From the NCBI GenBank assembly GCA_035390125.1, contig DAOOTD010000001.1, positions 116,003 to 180,002 on the forward strand: a DNA stretch of 64,000 nucleotides. The letters are read 5' to 3'. This document shows, in pieces, positions 26,994 through 36,950 of this stretch. The notes under the pieces are model-generated. The model did no database searches, was not told where the DNA came from, and worked only from the letters and a program-made list of their open reading frames with translations. Both the position numbers and the translations under genes were made by a program. How positions within the stretch are numbered: position 1 is the stretch's first letter; every line of letters begins with the position of its first letter. The DNA comes from Candidatus Moraniibacteriota bacterium. GTDB taxonomy: Bacteria > Patescibacteriota > Minisyncoccia > Moranbacterales > GWC2-37-73.

Positions 26994-28052
26994 ATGCTTA
27001 ACAAAAAAATCGCCAGCGAAATTGCAATCGGAATTATTTTGCTCGTGGCTATTATTATCGGTGCAATTTTCTGGTGGCAGGGAAAAAGCATCAGCCAACA
27101 GCCGATAGTAAACAATAATAAATCAGTAAAACCAGTTGCAAATCAGATAGTGGTTGATGAAATTGCAGGTTGGCAGACATATGCAAATGCAGAATATGGA
27201 TTCGAGTTTAAATATCCAAAAGATTGGAAAGCAAACATTGCATCTGATGGCGTTGCAGAAAATTGTAACAATGGAAAAACTTCTTGCAGTAATTTGGAGC
27301 CTGAAAAACAGAAGGCTTGTGGCAATATTGAGGGAGGGGATTACAGCTGCACGGATAGCATAAATTTTGGAATTATAAAAAATGAGAAAAAATTGCAGGT
27401 GAGAGATTTTTTAAGCGAAGAATATGGCTGGGATAAGGAAAGCGGAATAATAAAGAATAATGATATTCAAGAGACAAAATTCGGAAATGGGTTTGCATAC
27501 AGATTTATAGAAATAAGCGGTTTTGACGGATCAGAGTACTCTAATTTTTGGGTAACGCTTGACGATGGAAATTTTTTCAATATGGTAGGCATCCATCTGG
27601 ATGCAGATGAAAATAAAATATTTAACCAGATTATTTCTACATTTAAATTTACGGATACAATAAATGCACAAGCTGATTGGCGTATATATAAAAATAAAGA
27701 ATACGGGTTTGAAATTACTTTTACTGATGCGTGGAAGGGTTATAAAACTGAAAAAGAAGACGTTATTGGTGGAATTGCAGAAACAATAGCTATTCAGTTG
27801 CCGACTAAGGATCCAAAATGGTCAAATTCTGGATATATGGCAATACCTCTAAGAATTCTTATATATACTCCGCAGAATTGGCCAATGGCGTCATCAGATA
27901 ATTTTTCTCCCAAATATATTACAAAAAATGATAAATATGTTTTTGCTTACTCTTCATGGCAGAATGTCCCCAGCGATTTAGGGAGCAGCAATGCAGAAGC
28001 CAGCAAAGCATTTCAATTTAACGAGGTCATTTCAAGCTTCAAACTGGACTAG
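26994..28052 (+). CDS. Hypothetical secreted/membrane-anchored protein
   Basis: N-terminal TM/signal followed by a 320-aa extracytoplasmic region. No family recognised. Confidence 0.5.
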   Translation: MLNKKIASEIAIGIILLVAIIIGAIFWWQGKSISQQPIVNNNKSVKPVANQIVVDEIAGWQTYANAEYGFEFKYPKDWKANIASDGVAENCNNGKTSCSNLEPEKQKACGNIEGGDYSCTDSINFGIIKNEKKLQVRDFLSEEYGWDKESGIIKNNDIQETKFGNGFAYRFIEISGFDGSEYSNFWVTLDDGNFFNMVGIHLDADENKIFNQIISTFKFTDTINAQADWRIYKNKEYGFEITFTDAWKGYKTEKEDVIGGIAETIAIQLPTKDPKWSNSGYMAIPLRILIYTPQNWPMASSDNFSPKYITKNDKYVFAYSSWQNVPSDLGSSNAEASKAFQFNEVISSFKLD

Positions 28053-28080
28053 CTAGCTAATAATTAAATAAGTAAAAAAT

Positions 28081-28659
28081 ATGAAAAAAAATCTTATTTT
28101 ACCAGTATTAATTTTAGTAGCAGTTTTTGTTCTTTCGGGTTGCGGGCAAAAAAGCGAAACTTCTTCCGGTTCAAAAACGAACAGCGGTGAAACTAGCGCC
28201 AAAGAAGATGCAAAAGCGGGTGGCATTGCGGATATTTGCAATTATTTTCCGAAAGAGATAGTGGAAAGCGCCTTGGGAAAATCAATCGCTAAAGTCGAAA
28301 AATCAGATCTTGTTGATCCAACTTGCTATTATTACACTAAGTATGAAGATGGCTATGAAAAGAGTTATTCCGGAGCCAAGAAACCGGGCGGACCAAAAAT
28401 CGTAGTTGTATATGACACTAAAGATTTTGCCAAAGACAGAATTTCAAATGAAAAGGGCGGCAGTAAATACACGAATGATTCTTCCATTGGCATGGATAAT
28501 TTCGTGGTCCGCAATAATGTGAACAAAATCTGGCTGGTTGCTCTGTCATTGGGCGATGACAAATATATCAGAATGAAAGCTATTGATGATGCGGTGACTG
28601 GAGAAGAACTAGTCAAAATTGCCAAAAAATTTGCAGAAAAAATCCAAAGTGCAAAATAA
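28081..28659 (+). CDS. Lipoprotein
   Basis: Signal peptide with lipobox LSGC. Confidence 0.55.
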   Translation: MKKNLILPVLILVAVFVLSGCGQKSETSSGSKTNSGETSAKEDAKAGGIADICNYFPKEIVESALGKSIAKVEKSDLVDPTCYYYTKYEDGYEKSYSGAKKPGGPKIVVVYDTKDFAKDRISNEKGGSKYTNDSSIGMDNFVVRNNVNKIWLVALSLGDDKYIRMKAIDDAVTGEELVKIAKKFAEKIQSAK

Positions 28660-28679
28660 TATTACAAACCTATATTCAT

Positions 28680-29195
28680 ATGAAAAAAACATCCCTGATA
28701 ATTATTGGTGCAGTTGCCTTATTGTTTTTGATCATTCTGGCCGTCAGATTTTTTAGCGGTCCAGAAGATGGATGGGTTTGCAATGAGAATAAATGGGTTA
28801 AACATGGCAATCCTTCTGCTCCAATGCCCAAAGAACCTTGTGGGAAAATCTCTTCCAGTCAGCCGGAACAAAAACAGCCAGAAACCTTGCGGGTTTATTT
28901 TCCCAAATCAAATGATAAAATTACAAGTCCAGTCATAGTTTCTGGCCAGGCCAGTGGCTGGTATTTTGAAGGAACTTTTCCTGTAAAAATCGTGGATGAA
29001 AAAGGAAAAGAATTAGGGAAGGGAAATGTGGTTTCCCTGGATGGAAACTGGATGACAACTGAATTCGTGCCTTTTAAAGGAAGCATTAACTTTAGTGCCG
29101 AAGGTGCGAAGAGCGGAAAAATTATCTTTGAAAAAGATAATCCATCCGGCCTTCCACAGAACGCCGAATCATATTCTTTGCCTGTAAATTTCTAA
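28680..29195 (+). CDS. Hypothetical membrane-anchored secreted protein
   Basis: N-terminal TM, then a hydrophilic domain. Confidence 0.5.
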   Translation: MKKTSLIIIGAVALLFLIILAVRFFSGPEDGWVCNENKWVKHGNPSAPMPKEPCGKISSSQPEQKQPETLRVYFPKSNDKITSPVIVSGQASGWYFEGTFPVKIVDEKGKELGKGNVVSLDGNWMTTEFVPFKGSINFSAEGAKSGKIIFEKDNPSGLPQNAESYSLPVNF

Positions 29196-29694
29196 AGATT
29201 TTTACTGTTTACAATAAATAATATTTAGCCTATAATATTGGGATGTTCTTTTAATAATAAATCCAAAAGGAGAATCTAATGGAAAAAATCAAACAGTGGA
29301 AAACAAGCATCATAATTCAGGTGCTGGAAAAGATAATAAGAGTTTTTGAAATAAAGTTAAAAATTTACGCAATATTCTTTTAAGTCAGAAACAGGAGGTG
29401 CCAATGTTGTATGTTGTAAAATTAAAACTCGGATACGAAGTAATAACTGATGTGCCATATCTCCGATTTTTTCCTTCGATGATATCGTACAGACCCTTGG
29501 AGGATTGAAACAGAAAAACAAACGGGAGGAGAGAAAATAGGGCTTTAAGCTGAATAGCTTTAGCCCTATTTTTATTTGCTAAAAAATTTGAAACAAGTAA
29601 ATTTTACGAGAAATGCCGGGTTTTTTGTTGTAATTATGACTAAAAGATGCTATTCTGACTCCATAAAAAGGCTTTTTAAGCAATAATAAAGGTT

Positions 29695-30234
29695 ATGCAT
29701 AAGAAAAAGATATTTGTAGAAATAGCTATTCCGCAACAAATGAGGAAAAGACTTATAGAAAAGACCACCCAGTGGCCTGCTTTGCCGGTCAAATGGGTTA
29801 AGGAAAATAATTTGCACATAACCGTTTCTTTTATCGGTTATGTCGATGAAAGCATTATTCCCGAAATTTGTCAGAAAATTAGGGAAGTCACTGATAATTT
29901 TGAATCTTTTGAAATAAATTTTAACAGTATTGAACTGGGCCCTAGTACAGAAGATCCTAAAATGATTTGGCTGAGTGGAGAACCAAATCCAGAACTCGGA
30001 AGACTGAACGAGGCAATCGAAGATGCTCTTGGGATGCATCCTCAAAAACACAAAAATTTCAGGCCGCACATAACTCTGGGTAGGATAAGAAAATTAAAAT
30101 GGGATGAACTTCCAAAAAAACCGGTTATTGATGAAAAAATAAATTTGGCTATGACGGCAGATTCAGTTTTTGTTATGGAAAGCAAAGGCGGAGAGTCGGA
30201 ATATAATAAACTAGAAGAGTGCATTCTTTTGTGA
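29695..30234 (+). CDS. thpR: RNA 2',3'-cyclic phosphodiesterase (2H family, ThpR/LigT)
   Basis: Two H-x-T/S-x motifs (HITVSF and HITLGR), appropriately spaced. Confidence 0.75.
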   Translation: MHKKKIFVEIAIPQQMRKRLIEKTTQWPALPVKWVKENNLHITVSFIGYVDESIIPEICQKIREVTDNFESFEINFNSIELGPSTEDPKMIWLSGEPNPELGRLNEAIEDALGMHPQKHKNFRPHITLGRIRKLKWDELPKKPVIDEKINLAMTADSVFVMESKGGESEYNKLEECILL

Positions 30235-30241
30235 TAAGGAT

Positions 30242-32437
30242 ATGGATATTTTAGGAATCAGGATTGATAATTTTTCCAAAAAAGAAATTCTTGAAAAAAT
30301 AGAATTATTTTTGAGTGACGGAAAATTCCATCAGATTGCAACTGTAAATCCAGAATTCATACTGGAAACACAAAAAGATGAAGAATTTAAAAATATTTTA
30401 AATTCTTGTGATCTTAATATTGGAGATGGGATAGGAATCAAGTTTGCTTTTTTAAGATTCGGAAAATGGCTGAAAGAAAGAATGCCAGGAGCTGACTTGA
30501 TGCATGAAATTTTGAAAATTGCGGATGAAAAAAATTTTTCGGTATTTTTGGCCGTAAACAAGAACGGACTAAGTTCCTATAAAGAAGTAAAAAGTGCTTT
30601 AAGTTTGAAATACCCTAATGTACAATTTTTCGGAGATGATATTGATCCACGAAGTGTTGGTTATAAACTTCTAAATTCGGATAGTAATTTATTTTTTTGC
30701 AATTTCGGGGCTCCAGAGCAGGAAAAGTTTATTAATTCTCTGAAAAATGATATAATCGGATTGGCCATAGGAATAGGTGGCAGTTTTGATTTTATCACCG
30801 GAAAAGTGAAGCGTGCCCCAAAAATAATGCAAAATCTTGGCTTAGAATGGCTTTGGAGGCTCATTTTACAGCCAAAAAGAATAAAAAGAATAATCAATGC
30901 CGTTGTAATTTTTCCGGTAAAAATATTATTTTCCAAACAAATGAAAAGTTCAGAAAAAAAAGTAAGAGTACGTTTCGCACCGTCGCCGACCGGCTATATG
31001 CATGTCGGCAATTTCCGTACTGCGCTTTATGCCTATCTTTTTGCTAAAAAAAATAAAGGCGATTTTATTCTGAGGATTGAAGATACGGACCAAAAAAGAT
31101 ATGTCCAGGATGCTTTAGAAAAACTTATTGATATTATAAATTGGGCAGGCTTTGAATATTCTGAAGGAGTTTTTATTGAAAATGGAAAAGTTTTGCAGAA
31201 AGGGGATTTCGGGCCATATGTGCAATCGGAACGTCTGGATATATATAAAAAATATGCCGACGAACTTGTTGAAAGTGGCAAGGCTTATCATTGTTTCTGC
31301 ACGCCGGAAAAACTTGAACAGATGAGGAATGAACAGATAGCCAGCAAACAAGCCCCGATGTATAACAAGTGTTGCCTGAAATTAAGCGTTGAAGAAACTG
31401 CCAAAAGAATCGAACAAGGAGAAAAATATGTCATCCGCCAAAAAATAAACACGGAGGGATTTACGGAATATGAAGATTTAATCCGCGGAAAAGTAAAAAT
31501 AAAAAATGATTTATTGGATGACCAAGTGCTTCTTAAATCGGACGGTTATCCGACTTATAATTTTGCCAATGTCATCGATGATCATCTGATGGGGATTACT
31601 CATGTTATCCGTGGCGAGGAATATGTCTCCAGTACTCCAAAATATGTTCAATTGTACCAAAATTTTGGCTGGGAAATTCCTGAATTTGCACATTTACCGT
31701 TGCTTTTGAATTCTGACAAATCCAAACTTTCCAAACGGCAGGGGGATGTGTCGGTGGAAGATTATATCAGCAAAGGATATCTTAAAGAAGCAATCATTAA
31801 TTTCGTAGCACTCTTGGGATGGAATCCAGGGGAGGGAAGTGTGCAGGAAATTTTTTCAATACAAGAATTGATTGATAAATTCGAGCTTGGAAAAGTCCAT
31901 AAAGCCGGAGCGATTTTTGACCTGAAAAAATTAGACTGGATCAATGCGCAATATATTAAAAAAATGAGTGATGAAGATCTATATAAAAATGCACTGCGAT
32001 TTTTTGAGAAGAAGGATTTTTATACTAATGCTCAGCAAGAAAAAAAATCAGCAGAGTATTTGAAAAAAGTTCTGACAGTAGAAAAAGACAGACTCATAAA
32101 ATTTTCAGATGTCGGAGAGGAGAATAAATTTTTCTTTCAGGATATTTCGTGCAATAAAGAGATGCTGCGCTGGAAATCAATTACCGATGAGGAGATTAAA
32201 AATTCACTGGAAACTTCGGAAAAAGTCCTGGCTGGAATTTCCGGCGAGAACTGGAATTTGAAAAATTTAGAAGAGAAGCTGCTGGAAGCTGCAGGAGAAA
32301 AACGAGGGGATTTATTGTGGCCCCTTAGAGTAGCTCTAACGGGAGAAAAAAAATCACCCTCACCATTTGAAGTTGCTTGGGTGATTGGCAAAAAAGAAAC
32401 ATTAAAACGCATCAATCAGGCCTTGGGATTAATATAA
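30242..32437 (+). CDS. gltX: In-frame fusion of WecB/TagA/CpsF-family glycosyltransferase (GT26) and glutamyl-tRNA synthetase
   Basis: Residues 1-235 are GT26 (ends ...GLEWLWRLILQPKRIKRI). From MKSSEKKVRVRFAPSPTGYMHVGN (HIGH-type motif) onward it is a full GluRS, with KLSKR (KMSKS). No stop separates the two in this sequence. Confidence 0.7.
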   Translation: MDILGIRIDNFSKKEILEKIELFLSDGKFHQIATVNPEFILETQKDEEFKNILNSCDLNIGDGIGIKFAFLRFGKWLKERMPGADLMHEILKIADEKNFSVFLAVNKNGLSSYKEVKSALSLKYPNVQFFGDDIDPRSVGYKLLNSDSNLFFCNFGAPEQEKFINSLKNDIIGLAIGIGGSFDFITGKVKRAPKIMQNLGLEWLWRLILQPKRIKRIINAVVIFPVKILFSKQMKSSEKKVRVRFAPSPTGYMHVGNFRTALYAYLFAKKNKGDFILRIEDTDQKRYVQDALEKLIDIINWAGFEYSEGVFIENGKVLQKGDFGPYVQSERLDIYKKYADELVESGKAYHCFCTPEKLEQMRNEQIASKQAPMYNKCCLKLSVEETAKRIEQGEKYVIRQKINTEGFTEYEDLIRGKVKIKNDLLDDQVLLKSDGYPTYNFANVIDDHLMGITHVIRGEEYVSSTPKYVQLYQNFGWEIPEFAHLPLLLNSDKSKLSKRQGDVSVEDYISKGYLKEAIINFVALLGWNPGEGSVQEIFSIQELIDKFELGKVHKAGAIFDLKKLDWINAQYIKKMSDEDLYKNALRFFEKKDFYTNAQQEKKSAEYLKKVLTVEKDRLIKFSDVGEENKFFFQDISCNKEMLRWKSITDEEIKNSLETSEKVLAGISGENWNLKNLEEKLLEAAGEKRGDLLWPLRVALTGEKKSPSPFEVAWVIGKKETLKRINQALGLI

Positions 32438-32454
32438 GTTTAAAAGTGCAGATG

Positions 32455-33771
32455 AATATAAAAATAAAAAACAGCTTTACGGATAAAATTAAATTTCTCA
32501 TGGGAGCAATGTTGTTTTTTGCTGCCTTTTTAATTTTTTGCGGGGTCAAAGCTGAGAGCATAAACAATATTTCAGGTACAGGCTCTCTTTCTGCAGATGA
32601 CAAAGAAGAACTAAAAGAACTAGATGAAAAAGCCGAGACCTACAGAAAGATTATTGAGATCAAGCAAAAACAAGGAGAGACATTAAGCAACCAGATATCT
32701 ATAACAGATGCCAGTATAGGGCAGATAGAAAATCAGATGAAAATGATTTCAAAACAAATCGAAGATTTAAACGACCAAATAATAAGAATACAGAAAGAGA
32801 TAAAAGAAAATGAAGCTATGATTGAAGGGAATAAAGAATTGCTCGGTCAGATCATGCAGGTTTATTATGAATCAAGCAACACAAGTCCTTTTTTCACGTA
32901 CCTTTCCGGCGGAAATCTGAAATCTTTTATGGTAAAAGAAGACAGGATTTCACAGACAGGAGATAAAATAAAGGAGCTGATTGATATAATCAAAAAAATC
33001 AAGGAGGATCTGAATGAAGAAAACAATCAGCTTGATCAGAAAAAAAGTGAATTTTTGAGCAAGAATCAAGAATTGCAGGAAAAAAATGATGATTTGAATT
33101 CGATAAAAGATCAAAAACAGAGTCTTCTGAGTGAAACTCAAGGCGAAGAACAGCGTTATCAGAAGCTTTTGGCTAAGATTGAAGCACAAAAGAATGAATT
33201 GTTAAACATAGATGATTATTTTTCCGCCAGCGGACTTAGTGCAGATTCATATCCCAAACCTGATTCAAAATACTTTGCTTCAACCAGCTGGTATTATTCA
33301 CAATGGGACAGTAGATGGGGCAATAAAAACATAGGAAATACAAGAACTAAGATGAAAAATTACGGATGTGCAGTGACTTCTGTAGCCATGGTTTTCACTG
33401 AACATGGAGGTTCCATAACACCTGGATATCTTGCCAGTAAGCCCATATTTTATGGCGATCTTATAAACTGGCCAAGTTCATGGTCAAGTCCTAAAGTATC
33501 CTTAATTTCCAGCAAGTCTCATGGAAATGTAAGTTGGTCAACTATTGATAGCCAGATCAAAAAGGGTAATCCTGTCATTGTATATATTAAAAAAAGCAAC
33601 GGCAGTCAGGGACATTATGTTGTGATTCACCATAAGGACGCAGCAGGGAAGTATGTGGTTCATGATCCATACTTTGGAGCCAATATATTCTTGGATACTT
33701 CAAGAGCTTTGGTGGGTGCCTTAGGTTCTTCCAGTAAAACTTCAATAGATCAGATGATAATATATAATTAA
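32455..33771 (+). CDS. Secreted coiled-coil protein with C-terminal C39-like (papain-fold) peptidase domain
   Basis: The ATG at 32455 gives a signal peptide (the track ORF at 32377 overlaps gltX). Long coiled coil. YGCAVTSVAMV and GHYVVIH resemble the Cys/His of Peptidase_C39-like domains. Confidence 0.55.
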   Translation, partial: NIKIKNSFTDKIKFLMGAMLFFAAFLIFCGVKAESINNISGTGSLSADDKEELKELDEKAETYRKIIEIKQKQGETLSNQISITDASIGQIENQMKMISKQIEDLNDQIIRIQKEIKENEAMIEGNKELLGQIMQVYYESSNTSPFFTYLSGGNLKSFMVKEDRISQTGDKIKELIDIIKKIKEDLNEENNQLDQKKSEFLSKNQELQEKNDDLNSIKDQKQSLLSETQGEEQRYQKLLAKIEAQKNELLNIDDYFSASGLSADSYPKPDSKYFASTSWYYSQWDSRWGNKNIGNTRTKMKNYGCAVTSVAMVFTEHGGSITPGYLASKPIFYGDLINWPSSWSSPKVSLISSKSHGNVSWSTIDSQIKKGNPVIVYIKKSNGSQGHYVVIHHKDAAGKYVVHDPYFGANIFLDTSRALVGALGSSSKTSIDQMIIYN

Positions 33772-34446
33772 TTTTACTTGAATCACCTATTAAAGGTTGT
33801 GCGACATAATATAATAGGTTATAAAAAAGGGAAGAATATATAGTTCTATAGCTATAAGGCAATATAAAATAAATATCTTATAAATTATTTTTAAAAGCAG
33901 CTCTTCCCTACTGATTCAGATTTTTTTAAGGTCTGATTTTTTTATTTTTTATTTCTGAAAATATTTTTTTATTTTTTTTATTTTTTTAAAAATATTTTTA
34001 AAATAATGGAAATCGGGAATACATAGACATATCTCCTGTTAGCCATTTTTGCTTCTGCCTGGTTTGAGTAGTTTTTTGGATAGGTAGATGTATGCCTCAG
34101 TGTATTCAAAATAGGTAAAGTTTTTAGAAAGAGGCAATTTCTGAAAGAAATGGGTACAAAGGAGTATACATATATGTATCTAAGAGTTGCTTGAAATTAA
34201 AAATTAAAAAATAAAAAGGTTTGGACATATGTAGATATATAGGAAACAGAGAGAAATAAGAAAAAATATTTTTATAATTTTAATTTCTGGAAAATGTAAA
34301 AAGGCTATTTAGTAAAGAGTAAAGCGGTTAAAAGGATTACTAGAGGGGTTTATATTTAGATATAATGTCGCAAAAGATATATTGTGCGACGTAGTATACA
34401 TACAAAGAAAGGCCATTTTTCTGCCAAATGACCATTGTTCCCTAAT
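33772..34446. other. 675-bp ORF-free AT-rich convergent intergenic region with homopolymer tracts and repeated TTGTGCGAC / ACATA motifs
   Basis: No ORF of 60 aa or more on either strand. T/A tracts at 33930-34010. TTGTGCGAC at 33799 and 34385. Palindromes ATACATATATGTAT and GTCGCA-n10-TGCGAC. Confidence 0.5.
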
Positions 34447-34860
34447 TTATAGATCCATTTTAAAAACTCCGGTATTATAAATTTCAAATCCCATATTTTT
34501 GTATAAATTTCTGGCTGTTATCCTTTTGGGATTGCTGGTTAAATTTATTTTTTTTACTTTTTTATTTTTTGCTATGGCTATAAGTTCTTTTGTAAGCCTT
34601 TTCCCATGCCCCTTCCCCCTCCAGGCAGAGTCTATGACAACATCTTCTATTCTTGCCACATAACCCTCACAAGGAACTTGATGGACTATCAATGATCCGA
34701 AACCTATTACCTGTTTATTTTCTTCAATAACAATACAATTACAGCCCTTGTCTTTTATAAGGGATTTTATGTTTATCTTCGTCTCTTTTCCTGTCAGCTG
34801 GCAGAGAAGTCTTTCAACTCTCTTCTTGTCTTGATGTTTAAGTTTTCTTAATTTTGCCAT
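34447..34860 (-). CDS. GNAT family N-acetyltransferase
   Basis: An internal Met start avoids a 140-nt overlap with iscU. Acetyl-CoA motif AWRGKGHGKRL. Confidence 0.65.
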   Translation of the reverse strand: MAKLRKLKHQDKKRVERLLCQLTGKETKINIKSLIKDKGCNCIVIEENKQVIGFGSLIVHQVPCEGYVARIEDVVIDSAWRGKGHGKRLTKELIAIAKNKKVKKINLTSNPKRITARNLYKNMGFEIYNTGVFKMDL

Positions 34861-35269
34861 AGTTTTTGTTTGATGTTTTTTTATTACGGTACTTATAATT
34901 TTCAATCGCTTTATGAAGTGCGTCAGCGGCCAGATTGCTGCAATGCAGTTTTGCTGCTGGTAAACCGCCAAGTTCATCAGCGACTTGCTTGTTTGTGATA
35001 GTCATAACTTCGTCCAGGCTTTTGCCTTTGGACATTTCGGTGGCAATGGAAGATGTGGAAATAGCTGCACCGCAACCTAAAGTTTCAAATTTAACATCTT
35101 TAATTATTTCCCCACCTTTCTTATTTTTGTAAACTTTTATATACATGCGCATAATGTCTCCGCATTTGGGATTTCCAACGATGCCAACTCCGTCAGGATT
35201 TTTTATTACTCCCTGATTATGCGGATGGGTAAAATGCTCTATGACTTTTTTAGAATATCTTAAATTCAT
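34838..35269 (-). CDS. iscU: Fe-S cluster assembly scaffold IscU/NifU-like
   Basis: NPKCGDIMRMYIKV and LGCGAAISTSS motifs (the three conserved Cys). Confidence 0.85.
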   Translation of the reverse strand: MNLRYSKKVIEHFTHPHNQGVIKNPDGVGIVGNPKCGDIMRMYIKVYKNKKGGEIIKDVKFETLGCGAAISTSSIATEMSKGKSLDEVMTITNKQVADELGGLPAAKLHCSNLAADALHKAIENYKYRNKKTSNKNYGKIKKT

Positions 35270-35282
35270 AAAATTATTTTAA

Positions 35283-36512
35283 TTATTTAAATTCTTTCAT
35301 AACGTTGCCGGAAATTTTTCGCAGTCTTTTCACAATTTCCTTAAGCTTAGTTATAAAAATATCAATCTCTTTTTTAGTTGTATGCTTGCCAAATGTGACT
35401 CTAAGGCTTCCATGTGCCTGCTCATGCTTAAGTCCCAATGAGAGAAGCACATGCGATGGCTCTAGGGCTCCAGAAGAACAGGCAGAACCTGTTGAACCGG
35501 CAATTCCTTCTATGTCGAGTGAAAGAATCAAGCCCTCTCCCTCTACATCATCAAATCTGAAGTTGGCATTGTTAGGAGAACGTTTTTCAGCTGAGCCATT
35601 CAGATATGATTTTGGAATTTCTTTCAGCACTCTTTTTATTGTATAATCACGCAGACTTTTTATTTCTTTTATTTTTTTCTGCATTTCCGGAGTCTTTATC
35701 ATGCTGATAGCCATGCTAAGCCCCACGATTCCCGGAACATTATGGGTTCCGGCACGCATCTTATATTCCTGATCGCCACCATCCTGGATGCGTTTTATAG
35801 GAGTTCCTTTGCGCACATAAAGCAGGCCAACGCCCTTTGGTCCGTATATTTTATGTCCGGATATGGAAAGTAGGTCTACATTGAGATCATTAACATTACA
35901 ATTGAAATAATTAACTGCCTGCGTAGCGTCGGTATGAAATGATATGTGAGGCAATTTATTGCCGATTCTTTGACTATTTATTTTCTCCAGCATTTTTCCA
36001 ATTTCTGCTATAGGTTGCACAGTTCCAACTTCGTTGTTTACATACATAACAGAAATAAGAATAGTGTTTGGCTGAATAGCTTTTTCAATTTCTTTTAAAG
36101 ACACAATGCCATCGCGACCTGGCGAAATATATGAAATTTGGGCTAAGCCATCTTTCTCAACTATTTTGCAAGCATCTAAAATACAATGATGCTCGAATTT
36201 AGTGGTAATAATATGCGGTTTTTCTCCTGCTTTTCTGGGAATTGAATAAAAAGAGTGTATGCTTCCCTTTATGGCTAAATTATTGCTTTCTGTTGCGCCA
36301 GAAGTAAAAATAATTTCACTAGGCGAACAATTAAAAAAATTGGCGATTTCTGCGCGTGAATTATCAACAGCCTCCAAAGCTTCCTGTCCGAAACCGTGCA
36401 CAGACATAGCATTGCCGAATTTTTCTGAAAAATAAGGCAACATAGCCTTTAAAACTTTTTGATCGGCTGGTGTTGTAGCTGCATAGTCTAAATAAATCCG
36501 TTTCTTATTCAT
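35283..36512 (-). CDS. iscS: Cysteine desulfurase (IscS/NifS class V aminotransferase)
   Basis: PLP-Lys motif SISGHKIYGPKGVGLLYV and C-terminal active-site Cys loop GSACSS. Confidence 0.9.
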   Translation of the reverse strand: MNKKRIYLDYAATTPADQKVLKAMLPYFSEKFGNAMSVHGFGQEALEAVDNSRAEIANFFNCSPSEIIFTSGATESNNLAIKGSIHSFYSIPRKAGEKPHIITTKFEHHCILDACKIVEKDGLAQISYISPGRDGIVSLKEIEKAIQPNTILISVMYVNNEVGTVQPIAEIGKMLEKINSQRIGNKLPHISFHTDATQAVNYFNCNVNDLNVDLLSISGHKIYGPKGVGLLYVRKGTPIKRIQDGGDQEYKMRAGTHNVPGIVGLSMAISMIKTPEMQKKIKEIKSLRDYTIKRVLKEIPKSYLNGSAEKRSPNNANFRFDDVEGEGLILSLDIEGIAGSTGSACSSGALEPSHVLLSLGLKHEQAHGSLRVTFGKHTTKKEIDIFITKLKEIVKRLRKISGNVMKEFK

Positions 36513-36536
36513 AGGTTTTTTAGCATTAACTAAGAA

Positions 36537-36926
36537 TTATTTTATTAATTCACTTAATTTTATATTGTATAAAGTCTTTCTTATTTGTTTTCCTAGTTTA
36601 TCCCAGACTATGCTGGATGGACACCTTTTTTTAGCTGAACAAAACTGACCCACACATCTCATAGGAGCTATTGTTCCTTCTAATATTTCAATAATTTCCC
36701 CAACATTTATTTTTTTTGGATTTTTGGCCAGAATATATCCACCGCTCTTTCCTTTATGGCTAATCACTAAATTATTTTTATTTAGAATACCCAAAATACG
36801 TTCCAAGTATTTTTGGGAAATATTTTCTTCTTTGGCGATTTCTTTTATAGTTTTTTGTTCAGGAAAACATTTAGCCAAATTGGTTATAGCTCTCAGTCCA
36901 TACCCTGCTTTAGTTGAAAATTGCAT
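36537..36926 (-). CDS. Rrf2-family transcriptional regulator (IscR-like)
   Basis: MQFSTKAGYGLRAITNLAK Rrf2 HTH N-terminus. Three Cys (CVGQFCSAKKRC) for a possible Fe-S ligand set. Confidence 0.85.
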   Translation of the reverse strand: MQFSTKAGYGLRAITNLAKCFPEQKTIKEIAKEENISQKYLERILGILNKNNLVISHKGKSGGYILAKNPKKINVGEIIEILEGTIAPMRCVGQFCSAKKRCPSSIVWDKLGKQIRKTLYNIKLSELIK

Positions 36927-36937
36927 ATTTAATCCCT

Positions 36938-36950
36938 ACTAATTTAGTAT
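36938..36950. promoter_or_regulatory. Palindrome TACTAA-T-TTAGTA at the Rrf2 gene start (candidate autoregulatory operator)
   Basis: Read from the sequence 12 nt upstream of the Rrf2 start codon. Confidence 0.35.
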
